Shown here in pieces: positions 8,751-17,717 of a stretch of DNA of 64,000 bases. Source of the stretch: an uncultured Holophagales bacterium (lineage in GTDB: Bacteria; Acidobacteriota; Thermoanaerobaculia; Multivoradales; UBA5704); NCBI GenBank assembly GCA_963741305.1, contig CAVUHL010000003.1:77993-141992 (forward strand), written 5' to 3'. Position 1 is the stretch's first letter. The number at the start of each line of letters is the position of its first letter. The position numbers were made by a program, and so were the translations under genes. A model generated the notes under the pieces. The model was not told the DNA's origin and ran no database searches. It saw nothing but the letters and a program-made list of their open reading frames with translations.

Positions 8751-9590
8751 CTAACGGAACGCCGCAAGGAAGAGGCCGTAGGCCGCCCTCAGCCCTTGAC
8801 GGGCATCCTTGCTGGCTGCGTGGAACAGCGGCGCCGGTGACTTCTTGAGCTTCTTCGGCCGCGTGTGCGGATGCTGGCTCAGGATGGCCTCCGGGCCGAG
8901 CGGCTCCCTGCCCGTGAGCTTCCTTTCCGCCGCGGCGTCGGACTCGATCTCGCGCACCAGCCCCGCCACCAGATCCCGATACACCTCCGGGCTGAGATGA
9001 CGCCAGCAGGGTAGTTGCGAGAGCGCGACAGTCTCTTCCGACGGAAAGCTTTCAGGCTTGGAGTCCTTCTTCTTCTTGCGCAGCCGGGCCCGGTACTCCT
9101 GGGTGCGATTGAACCAGGTGCCGTGAATGGGCTCGCCGTCGAGCACGGCCTTGATCATGCTGATGCCGGGCCACTCCTCGACCCGTGCTACGAGTCCATC
9201 CTTGACGCCTTGGGCAAGGACGTAGCGCAGACGATCGACTTGGGCCGCGGGTTCGTCGCTGACGGGGATCGACGTGTAGCGGTCGGACCAGACCCCGTCC
9301 GGCCAGTCCGTCAGGCGACCGACCTCGCGCGCCGCGTTGGTCTGGAAGTACCACATGAATCTGGCCATGCTCCTGGCGTCCGGAACCCACAGGAGCAGGT
9401 GGTAGTGCGACGAGAGGAATGAGAAGCCGCAGATCTCGACCGGGTAGAGCCGCTGGGCACGGCCGAGGACACCGAGCAGGATGTCGTCAATTACCGGGTC
9501 GGGCCGCAAGAGGTATCGGCCCTGGTCGGTGCGGCAGGTGATTTCGACGAAGGAGCCATTTTCTGGGATGAAGCGTGGTGATCTTGACAT
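8751..9590 (-). CDS. HUH (Y1-type) transposase-like protein, copy 2 (279 aa)
   Basis: Same HuH motif as copy 1; ends at a TAG that copy 1 has lost. Confidence 0.55.
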   Translation of the reverse strand: MSRSPRFIPENGSFVEITCRTDQGRYLLRPDPVIDDILLGVLGRAQRLYPVEICGFSFLSSHYHLLLWVPDARSMARFMWYFQTNAAREVGRLTDWPDGVWSDRYTSIPVSDEPAAQVDRLRYVLAQGVKDGLVARVEEWPGISMIKAVLDGEPIHGTWFNRTQEYRARLRKKKKDSKPESFPSEETVALSQLPCWRHLSPEVYRDLVAGLVREIESDAAAERKLTGREPLGPEAILSQHPHTRPKKLKKSPAPLFHAASKDARQGLRAAYGLFLAAFR

Positions 9591-9698
9591 AGTACCCGTG
9601 TAGAGACGGAAAACGGGTTCGAAATGTCATTCCTGGGAATGCTTCAACATTTGCCTGGTACTTATCGGCCGTACTTATCGGCCACACAGTACCTGGGT

Positions 9699-9728
9699 TT
9701 GACCTGCCCCGCCGCGGGGGCGTATATT
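9699..9728 (+). promoter_or_regulatory. Second copy of the sigma70-like promoter (TTGACC, 18 bp, TATATT) plus conserved leader to about 9790; direct repeat gtacttatcggcc x2 upstream (9658-9690)
   Basis: Aligned with 5954-6045. Drives the DUF11/IPTL-CTERM gene. Confidence 0.6.
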
Positions 9729-9833
9729 AACTAAAGTGTAGAAACCACGAGTGCATTGACATGTTGCAATCAGTCACCGGGATCGCCGACTGCGAAACGC
9801 TGATTGCAGAACCTCTGCACAGGGAGATCCGGC

Positions 9834-11222
9834 ATGTCCCGTCGTCCCATCCTTCGCTGTCTTCTCCTCGCTGCGTTCGCCACGGCCGGCACGGCCGCCG
9901 CGTCCAATCTTTCGGTGACCAAATTGGACAGTCCCGACCCGGTGGTTCCAGGAGGAACCATCACCTACACCATCACCGTCACCAACTCGGGGCCCGGCAG
10001 CGCCGCCGACGTCGTCCTCTCGGACCAGATCCCGGCGGACACGAGGCAGATCTCGTTCAACTCCCCGCCCGGTTGGTCGTGCATCGCCCCGACGATCGGT
10101 ACGGTCACCTGCGGCAATCCGTCGTTCGGTGTGGGCAGCGCCGTCTTCACCATGACGGTGGAGGCGTCGTCCGCCTTCATTACGGGCACAGTCATCACCA
10201 ATACCGCGAGCGTCACGTCGTCCACGGTGGACCCCAATCCGGGCAACGAGAGCGCCACCACGACCACGACGGTGGCAGCCAACACGGGCGCGGGGGCGGC
10301 CTCGCTCACCAAGAGCGACTTCCCGGATCCCGTCGTCGCCGGCACGGGCCTGTCCTATTTCCTCGTCGCCAGGAACGCCAGCGGTGGCGCCCTCGGACCG
10401 ACGACGGTCACCGACGTCCTGCCGGCGGGCACTACGTTCCTGATGTTGAATCCGCCGCCGGCCGGCTGGACCTGCACCGCGCCTCCCGCAGAGGCCACCG
10501 GCACGGTCACCTGCTCGACCGCCGTCTTCGCTCCGGGTGATTCGTTCCTCGGCTTCTCCGTCAGGGTCAACCCTTCGGTGCCAGCCGGCATGGTGCTGAC
10601 CAACACGGCGGACCTGGTCGTCATGGACGGTACCCTTGGTGTCATCAACCGGGACGCAACGACGACGACGACCGTCATCACGCCGGGGGCGATCGTCTAC
10701 GGAACCAAAGCGGTTTCCAGCGGATCCCTCATGCCGGGAAGCGCGCTGACCTACACCGTCGTGCTGACCAACAACGGCGACTCTCCTCAGGGGGACAACC
10801 CGGGCGACGAATTCACGGACGTGCTGCCGGCCAGCCTGACGCTGGTCAGCGCCACGGCGACCTCGGGCACGGCTACGGCCAACATCGCCAACCGCACGGT
10901 GGCCTGGAACGGCTCGATCGCGTCCGGGGCCTCGGTGACGATCACCATCAACGCCGTGATCGACCCCGCGGTCCCGCCGGGCACGACGATCACCAACCAG
11001 GGGACGATCTTCTACGACACAGACGTCAACGGCGCCAACGAGTCCTCGACCGGCACGGACAATCCGGCGACGCCCAACGCCAACCCCGATCCCACGTCCT
11101 TCGTGGTGCCGGTAGCGACGCCGATCCCGACCGTCAATGAGATCGGCCTCATGCTGCTGGCGCTGCTGCTCGCCATGGTCGGCGCCTGGACGCTGCGGCG
11201 CCGGCAGGGCGGCGCCTTCTAG
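9834..11222 (+). CDS. Secreted DUF11-repeat (conserved repeat domain) protein with C-terminal IPTL-CTERM-type sorting signal
   Basis: Signal peptide MSRRPILRCLLLAAFATAGTAAA. Repeated blocks of the type PDPVVxGxxLxYxxxVxNxG. C-terminus IPTVNEIGLMLLALLLAMVGAWTLRRRQ (IPTL motif + TM + Arg cluster). Confidence 0.75.
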   Translation: MSRRPILRCLLLAAFATAGTAAASNLSVTKLDSPDPVVPGGTITYTITVTNSGPGSAADVVLSDQIPADTRQISFNSPPGWSCIAPTIGTVTCGNPSFGVGSAVFTMTVEASSAFITGTVITNTASVTSSTVDPNPGNESATTTTTVAANTGAGAASLTKSDFPDPVVAGTGLSYFLVARNASGGALGPTTVTDVLPAGTTFLMLNPPPAGWTCTAPPAEATGTVTCSTAVFAPGDSFLGFSVRVNPSVPAGMVLTNTADLVVMDGTLGVINRDATTTTTVITPGAIVYGTKAVSSGSLMPGSALTYTVVLTNNGDSPQGDNPGDEFTDVLPASLTLVSATATSGTATANIANRTVAWNGSIASGASVTITINAVIDPAVPPGTTITNQGTIFYDTDVNGANESSTGTDNPATPNANPDPTSFVVPVATPIPTVNEIGLMLLALLLAMVGAWTLRRRQGGAF

Positions 11223-11258
11223 GACACTCATCCGGAAAAGGAAACTCTTCGCGAAGGG

Positions 11259-11579
11259 TTGACAGGAGCCTCGGACATGACCATGGATGAAGCGCAGGAA
11301 GAGATCCGGCAGATGAAGTGGGACCTTCGGATCCTGAGCGACCAGGCGCTCAGGGTCGCTGATGCCCTTCCTCCCGAAGACCGGGAGCGGATCGCCGACA
11401 TCGCGGACCGGATCGCGGACGCGGCCCAGGACCTGATCACGGCGATCAACCAGGATGACGTGGACACCGAGGCCAAGATGGTCGCGCGAATGCAGGGCGG
11501 CCTCGCCGAGGTCCAGAAGCAGCTCAAGCTCATCGCCCGCGAGCTGAACGAGGTGGCAGATGGGCTGTTCTTTCATTGA
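11259..11579 (+). CDS. Hypothetical small helical protein
   Basis: 106 aa, acidic, coiled-coil-like; no motifs. Confidence 0.4.
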   Translation: MTGASDMTMDEAQEEIRQMKWDLRILSDQALRVADALPPEDRERIADIADRIADAAQDLITAINQDDVDTEAKMVARMQGGLAEVQKQLKLIARELNEVADGLFFH

Positions 11580-11582
11580 CCC

Positions 11583-11790
11583 CCTCGGCCGGGCTGGCCA
11601 TTCCGATCAATCTGGGTAGAAGATTGGCATGCCATGTACGTTCATGATCCTCCTCTTCGCGACGGCCGCCGCTGCTTCCACGGTTCCTGCCCAGCTTGAC
11701 GCGATCCTGAAGGACTACGGCGCCGATACGCCGGGGGCCACGTGCTCGTGGCGCAGGATGGGAAGATTCTCTACCGCAAGGGAGCGCGGC
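11583..11790 (+). pseudogene. Fragment (about 210 bp) of the serine-hydrolase gene 5' end; copy 1 of 3
   Basis: Near-identical to 12789-12990 and 17704-17900 (ggtagaagatggcatgccctgtacgttcatgatcctcctcttcgc...). Confidence 0.8.
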
Positions 11791-11808
11791 GTAAGATGAA
11801 TCAAAAGC

Positions 11809-12765
11809 TTGAGTCATAGCGAGGTTTTCATGCGTGACTGGCTGCTGCGGGTGCTGCGATCGGTTCCGGGAAGGATCGTGACCTTTCTCACGTTTCTGCT
11901 CTTCGCCATCATCGCTCGGGAACTGCTCCTCGGTCTCGTCCGTGCTGCGACGGGATTGCGCCGCCCGCCGCCTCTCTGGCTATCGCCCCATACAGAATTT
12001 GCCGTGCGGCCGACGGGTATCGCCTACGCGTTCTTCGGTGCGGCGCTGATGATCGCCCTCGGCCTCGGCGCCTATCGACTGTTCGTCAGATGGCTGGAAG
12101 GCCGCCCCGCAAAGGAGATCGGCCGGCCCTTCGCTGCCGAGCTCGCCCTGGGTACTTCCTTGGGGGCGACTTTTGTGCTTGCAATAGCAGGTGTGCTGGC
12201 TCTTGGCGGCTGGCTTCGCCTGAGCTGGAGTGGTGCGTGGCACTTTGCCCTTGTTTCCCTGGCCATGGCTGCAACTGCAGCGGTCGTGGAGGAAATCGCT
12301 CTCCGCGGTGTCCTCTTGCGGATTCTCGAGGAGAAGCTCGGAAGCTGGGTTGCGCTGGGGTCGACGGCCTTGGTCTTCGGTGGGCTCCATGCATCCAACA
12401 AAGGTGCAACTGCCTGGAGCACGATTGCCGTAGCGTTGTCTGGTGGCCTCGTCCTGGGCGCGGCATTCATTCTCACGCGTCGCCTCTGGCTACCGATTGG
12501 TATCCACTTTGGTGTCAACGCGACCCAAGGGCCCCTGCTCGGCGCCCCGGTGTCAGGACGCAAGGGGCAGGGGTGGCTCCATTCGGACCTCGTCGGGAAT
12601 CCACTCTGGACGGGGGGCACCTTTGGTCTGGAGGGTTCGGCATTGGTGCTGCCAATGGGAGCCCTGCTGGGCTGCGTACTCCTTGCGCTCGCGTGGCGTC
12701 GCGGTCGAATACAGCCAGCGCCTTGGCAGCGTACGGGGCGCCTGGGAACAGATCTATCGCGTTGA
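11809..12765 (+). CDS. CPBP family intramembrane metalloprotease (CAAX protease / Abi-like)
   Basis: EEIALRGVLL (EExxxR), FGGLHA (FxxxH) and HFGVNA motifs; multi-TM. Confidence 0.75.
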   Translation: MSHSEVFMRDWLLRVLRSVPGRIVTFLTFLLFAIIARELLLGLVRAATGLRRPPPLWLSPHTEFAVRPTGIAYAFFGAALMIALGLGAYRLFVRWLEGRPAKEIGRPFAAELALGTSLGATFVLAIAGVLALGGWLRLSWSGAWHFALVSLAMAATAAVVEEIALRGVLLRILEEKLGSWVALGSTALVFGGLHASNKGATAWSTIAVALSGGLVLGAAFILTRRLWLPIGIHFGVNATQGPLLGAPVSGRKGQGWLHSDLVGNPLWTGGTFGLEGSALVLPMGALLGCVLLALAWRRGRIQPAPWQRTGRLGTDLSR

Positions 12766-12827
12766 AGGTTTGGCGAGACGCCAAGAGCCGGGCTGGCCAT
12801 TCCGGTCAATCTGGGGTAGAAGATGGC

Positions 12828-13526
12828 ATGCCCTGTACGTTCATGATCCTCCTCTTCGCCACGGCCGCCGCTGCTTCCACGGTTCCCGCCCAGCTTGACG
12901 CTATCCTGAAGGACTACGGCGCCGATGCGCCGGGGGCCAGCGTGCTCGTGGCGCAGGACGGGAAGATCCTCTACCGCAAGGCATTCGGCCTCGCCAACCT
13001 GGAAGAGAGGACGCCCATCACCACGGCCACCAACTTCCGGCTGGCGTCGGTCACCAAGCAGTTCACCGCCACGGCCGTGCTCCTCTTGGCCGAGCGAGGA
13101 AAGCTGTCACTCGAAGATCCACTGTCCCGCTTCTTCCCCGTCTTCATCGGGGCCGCGCACGGGGTCAAGGTGCGCCATTTGCTCGGGCACACCTCGGGGC
13201 TCCTCGATTACGAGGAGCTCATGCCGCCCGGCACCACGGTGCCGCTCAAGGACAAGGACGTGCTCGACCTGGTCGGCAAGCAGGACAGGCTCTACTTCGC
13301 GCCGGGCAGCCAGTTCCGCTACAGCAACACGGGCTACGCCCTGCTGGCCCTGATCGTCGAGAAGGTCTCCGGCCGGTCGTTCGCGCAGTTCCTCCAGGAG
13401 AACATCTTCGGTCCGCTGGGGATGGCTGGAACCGTGGCCTACGAGGAGGGTATCTCCAAGGTGGAGCGCCGGGCCTACGGATATAGTGAGAGAGAGGGCC
13501 GTTTCGAGCGTACCGCGCGCGGATAG
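12828..13526 (+). pseudogene. Truncated 5' duplicate (about 233 codons) of the serine-hydrolase/beta-lactamase-fold gene at 17718-18770
   Basis: About 97% identical to 17718-18420 and includes the SVTK (SxxK) active-site motif. Diverges at 13513 and terminates; the 478-aa ORF 12090-13526 is an artefact. Confidence 0.8.
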
Positions 13527-13555
13527 TTGCCAGAGTTTTCCGAGTTGCGCAAGCT

Positions 13556-16500
13556 TTGGAATATGCGTTAATGTGGTCATTCCCTCGTCTCAAACGCCCC
13601 ACGGTCTTCATTGCCGCGCCCGGTGACCTGGCGCATCTGCGCCGTGCCACTGCGCGAATGCTCGGCGAAATGAAGTCCCGGTCAGCCGACGATCATGGCA
13701 TTGTCCTCTTTGACTGGGTCATCGACATGGCCGCGGATGGATTCATGGATTGGATTCCGGCTCAGGGACAAATCCCGCTACCTTCGGACAAGCTGTGTCG
13801 CGCTGTCGTCTGCATGTTCGGAGAGCGGATAGGGACTCCGCTGCCGCCGGACTTCGATCTCACGGCGATCGGTGATCTCGCCGCATTCGCATCGGAGCAG
13901 CGTGTGGTCCACCCCTGGAATTCGGCGGTGGCGGAGAGCGGGGGATTCAGTCTCACGGGCACGGTGTTCGAGTTTCTGGCCGCGCTCCATGCCAATGCCG
14001 GCGGAGCCGCCAGATCCGAGCAGGAGCTGGGTAATCCACCGGTCCTGCTCCTGTTCGTCGGTCGAGAGGATCTGGATGGCGATCTCGATCCGCTCGACAT
14101 GGGTTGGGGCAACTACCGGCTCGACGCCGAAGCGCGGGCGCGGTTCGAGTCCAGTTATCCCAAGGCGTGGCGCACGCAGTATGCGAAGTGGCAGAAAGAG
14201 GAGTACCTCCCGCAACTCGTCCAGCTACGCAATTTCTTTCGGTTCGTCCGGTCGCGGGGCATCGTGCCGCGTGTCGTTCGGGATGATCGGGAGGCCCAGG
14301 AGGCCATCCGCAGCTTTCTCGGCCGGTCGCTCAGGCTCGGAGCGGACGGCGCGAGGCGCGACCCCTTTCTCGGCCTCGAGGCGTTCGACGTCGAAGACCA
14401 GATGGTGTTCTTCGGGCGCAAAGAGGAACGCAACCGGATGATCGCGGCGTTCAAGGTGCTGTGGGACGACCCTGATCGGCCGACCTTCTTTGGCATCATC
14501 GGCGGCAGCGGGGTCGGGAAGTCGTCGATGCTGAAGGCAGGACTGATCTCCTCCTTGTGCGACTCCTTGTCGCCGGATCTCTACCGAGCCTGTATCGTCC
14601 GTCCTGGCGAAATACCGCAGGCAGGATTGACGACGTGGGCCGGAGGCAGGTGCCGGCGCACCGGCGACGCGCTGCAGGAGCTGGTCGCCCGCATTCTCGA
14701 TGCACTCGAATGCGGTGAAGCAATCGAGCCCACGCAGCGGCGGCTCGCGACGGTTCGCGACGAGCACCGGGGCATGGAGGCATTGGAGATGGTGACCGCC
14801 TGTTTGCCCGCGGACCATCGCCTCTTGATCGCCTTCGATCAATTCGAAGAGCTGGTCGATCCATTGTCGGACCCCGATCTCGCGGCACGGTGGCATCCTG
14901 TGGTCGACCTGATTCGGGCGGCTGCCCGGGACCGCCGGGTCGGCGTGCTCTACACGCTCCAGGAGAATCGCCAGGACAGCCTGGTCAGCAATCCGATCCT
15001 CGGGGAGCTGTTCAGGACGGGCGAGGCGAGATCGTTGAGCTTCCCGACGCAAGGGCTCGACGAGATCATTGGTGAGCCTTTTCGTTCGCAGGGCTTACAG
15101 CTCGAGCCCGCCCTCTCCCGCGAGCTCCACCGCCGGATCATGGAGTTTGCGGCATTCCAGGACTCGACGACCCAGGGCAGCCTGCTGCCGTTGGTCTCCG
15201 TGATGCTCAAGCGGATCTACACGGAGCGGGGCAGGATGCTTCAAGGCCACGACCGCACCCCTCTTGTTTCTGTCGGCGGGCCGCAAGCGTTGGAACGACC
15301 GGTGGCCTCGACAGGAGAGCACCCGGAGAACATGCCCGTCCTTCGTCTCGCGGATTGCGAGGATCTCCTCGACGTGGGCGATGCCATCGCCGAGTTGGCT
15401 CAACAAGCAATGGAGAGTGCAAAAACCATTTTAGGGCCGGTCTGGTCGGAAAGCGACCTCGGCGGGCTTTTGCGGACGCTCGTCCGGCGGCAAGGGCGCG
15501 ACGATCGTCTGAGCCTTCCACCCGCGCCGATGCCATCCAAGGCCGCCGGCCGCCGCCTTGCGAAGGCCTTCCTGGCACGGCGGCTCCTTCTCCCGACCGA
15601 AGAAGGCCGCATTCGCCTGGTGCACGAGGCGCTCCTGCACCACTGGCCGCCGGCAGCCTCGTGGCTCGAAGAGGAACGCAGCCTGCTCGACGATTCGATT
15701 CTGCTCGGTCTGCACGCCGACGCATGGGACCGCGGCGGCCGGTCTCCGGAGCAGCTCCGCCCCGACGACCTGGAACGGGCTGCAATGCTGTTGCACAAGT
15801 GGATGACGAACCTGAGCCCGCAGAAGGGCTACTCCCTCAGCCCGGAGGATGCCCGGCTCCGTGACTACGGGCTCGCACTGCTCTCACAAGCCCATCCGCG
15901 CAAGACTGTGGATACGTCGACCTGCATGCATGTGGCCACCGCCTACAGCGAGTCGTCACTGGTTCGGAAGTATCTCAATCTCGATCGGGAGGTTGCTCAT
16001 CTCGTTCGGGAAGACGGCCGCATGCCCTTGTTCAATCCGTGCTTTACCGGTGCGGAGGATCTGGTCGCCATGCTGCTCGGGGCAGGTGCCGATCCCGACA
16101 CGCAAGACAACGCCGGCTGGCGGCCTCTGCATGCGGCTGTGACCGAGGGCAACATCGGGGTGATCGAGCTTCTGCTGGAGGCAGGGGCGGCGATCGAATC
16201 TCGAGGTCCCAACGGCATCACACCGCTCGAAATCGCGGCGCGCGAAGGACGCGCCGAGGTTCTGACACTCATGCTGGAGAGGGGAGCAGATCCCGGTTCG
16301 ACCACGAACAGAGGCTGGACCCCTTTGCATACCGCTGTCGACAGAGGCCATCTTGCGGCCGCGAGAGCGCTGCTCGACCATGGCGCCGACATCCAGGCGC
16401 AGAGTGATCTGCCTCTGGGCAAGGGTCCCGCGGCGCTCCACCTTGCGGCCCAGAATGGCTCGGTCGAGCTCGCCAAGCTCTTGATCGATCGGGGTGCGAA

Positions 16501-17569
16501 TCTGGAAGCGCTCCTGGAGGCCAGGCCTACCTGGAACGTCAAGGTGAGCGCCGAGGTGAGCAAGGAGCTGGCTGCGGGCAGCACCGCGGCCGGTGTCGAG
16601 TTGGGAAGGGATGCCGCGACACCGCTGCACATGGCCATTCGATGGGGCACCGAGGAAGTCGCGTGGCTGCTTCTCGAGGCGGGCGCGGACCCGAATGCCC
16701 AGAGAGGCATCCTGGGTACGCCGCTGCACGCCGCGGCACAGCAGGCCAATGTGCCCCTCGTCGCGATGCTGCTGGGCCACGGCGCCGATCCCAACGCTCC
16801 GCGCGCGGATGGCCTGACCCCTCTTCACTATGCACGGATCAACGGCGATGGCGACGTGCTGACGCTGATGCTGGAGGACGTTCGCTCGCAGGGAAGCGGA
16901 GGAGACATCGAGGTCAAGCTTCCAGTCGAGCTGGCGCTAGCCGGCGGGCGCAGCTTGCCCTGGTATGACTGGGTGACTGTCGATCACGACATGGCTGCTG
17001 ACTTTGTCAATCAACTGCACCCGATCGACGGCCGATGGGAGCTCGCTGAGCGCCGAACGCACGTCGCCTACGCCTGGTTGCCCTGGTATCGGGATGTTGC
17101 CTTGATCGAAGTCACGGATCCATCGTGGGACCGACCCAATCTGAGAATCTACTTCCTCGCTTTGAACGACCATCTGTATCGGTTGAATGGCACATCCCCT
17201 CTGATCCACGAGGTCAATGAACGTGCCCGGCTCCATCTCGAGGCCGATCACGCTCTCGAATATCTACGGTTCTTCTTTTTCTTCGTGCGCGGGGAAGAGG
17301 GTCCGTTCTACATCCTCGAGGATGCCAACGACCCGCTCCTCCCTCCCTATGTCGATCCGACAACGAGGCAACTGCTGGAGCATCTCGTGCGGCCGGCAGA
17401 GCTCGAGCGCAGCGAAGGTGGTGATCACATGTGCCACGCGACCGTGTTCTACTCCGACGCGCTCTTCCGCATTACGTTCGAGGTCCACAGGAACGGTAGG
17501 ATCTACTTGAAGGAGGACAAGCCGATCGTGGCGGGCCTGCCTTTCCGGATCCATGCACCGCTCGGCTAG
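13556..17569 (+). CDS. STAND-class NTPase with ankyrin repeats (NLR-like), N-terminal DUF4062/TIR-like region, novel C-terminal domain
   Basis: N-terminus VFIAAPGDLAHLRRA (DUF4062-like). Walker A GGSGVGKSS, Walker B LLIAFDQFEEL. About 8 ankyrin repeats (GWRPLHAAV..., TPLHTAV..., TPLHMAI..., TPLHAAA..., TPLHYA...). C-terminal ~250 aa unassigned. Confidence 0.8.
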   Translation: MEYALMWSFPRLKRPTVFIAAPGDLAHLRRATARMLGEMKSRSADDHGIVLFDWVIDMAADGFMDWIPAQGQIPLPSDKLCRAVVCMFGERIGTPLPPDFDLTAIGDLAAFASEQRVVHPWNSAVAESGGFSLTGTVFEFLAALHANAGGAARSEQELGNPPVLLLFVGREDLDGDLDPLDMGWGNYRLDAEARARFESSYPKAWRTQYAKWQKEEYLPQLVQLRNFFRFVRSRGIVPRVVRDDREAQEAIRSFLGRSLRLGADGARRDPFLGLEAFDVEDQMVFFGRKEERNRMIAAFKVLWDDPDRPTFFGIIGGSGVGKSSMLKAGLISSLCDSLSPDLYRACIVRPGEIPQAGLTTWAGGRCRRTGDALQELVARILDALECGEAIEPTQRRLATVRDEHRGMEALEMVTACLPADHRLLIAFDQFEELVDPLSDPDLAARWHPVVDLIRAAARDRRVGVLYTLQENRQDSLVSNPILGELFRTGEARSLSFPTQGLDEIIGEPFRSQGLQLEPALSRELHRRIMEFAAFQDSTTQGSLLPLVSVMLKRIYTERGRMLQGHDRTPLVSVGGPQALERPVASTGEHPENMPVLRLADCEDLLDVGDAIAELAQQAMESAKTILGPVWSESDLGGLLRTLVRRQGRDDRLSLPPAPMPSKAAGRRLAKAFLARRLLLPTEEGRIRLVHEALLHHWPPAASWLEEERSLLDDSILLGLHADAWDRGGRSPEQLRPDDLERAAMLLHKWMTNLSPQKGYSLSPEDARLRDYGLALLSQAHPRKTVDTSTCMHVATAYSESSLVRKYLNLDREVAHLVREDGRMPLFNPCFTGAEDLVAMLLGAGADPDTQDNAGWRPLHAAVTEGNIGVIELLLEAGAAIESRGPNGITPLEIAAREGRAEVLTLMLERGADPGSTTNRGWTPLHTAVDRGHLAAARALLDHGADIQAQSDLPLGKGPAALHLAAQNGSVELAKLLIDRGANLEALLEARPTWNVKVSAEVSKELAAGSTAAGVELGRDAATPLHMAIRWGTEEVAWLLLEAGADPNAQRGILGTPLHAAAQQANVPLVAMLLGHGADPNAPRADGLTPLHYARINGDGDVLTLMLEDVRSQGSGGDIEVKLPVELALAGGRSLPWYDWVTVDHDMAADFVNQLHPIDGRWELAERRTHVAYAWLPWYRDVALIEVTDPSWDRPNLRIYFLALNDHLYRLNGTSPLIHEVNERARLHLEADHALEYLRFFFFFVRGEEGPFYILEDANDPLLPPYVDPTTRQLLEHLVRPAELERSEGGDHMCHATVFYSDALFRITFEVHRNGRIYLKEDKPIVAGLPFRIHAPLG

Positions 17570-17717
17570 CTTGGCTCTCTGCCCCCCTTCGCGATGCCCA
17601 CCCCGGATCTCATCTCCCGGCCCGCCCGCCGCCGGGGAGAGAAGCACGACCCCTACGACGATTCGACTCTGGAGACCTTGACGCTGGAGCCTCTGCCGTG
17701 CTGGGATAGAAGATGGC

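Larger units (their letters stand above)
7725..9665 (-). mobile_element. Tandem duplication of an IS200/IS605-like unit (about 0.95 kb each) including subterminal hairpin
   Basis: Two about 95%-identical units. The upstream hairpin gtacccgtgtagagacggaaaacgggt is present before both genes. Confidence 0.55.

Noticed and set aside
9774-11576. 600-aa minus-strand ORF antisense to the DUF11/IPTL-CTERM gene
   Set aside because: Arg/Gly-rich low-complexity translation typical of antisense frames in high-GC DNA. The sense gene has a signal peptide, repeat domains and a sorting signal.
12090-13526. 478-aa ORF spanning the CPBP gene's 3' end and the truncated hydrolase copy
   Set aside because: Only the last about 233 codons, from the ATG at 12828, match the serine hydrolase. 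The upstream part is an out-of-frame overlap of the CPBP protease gene.
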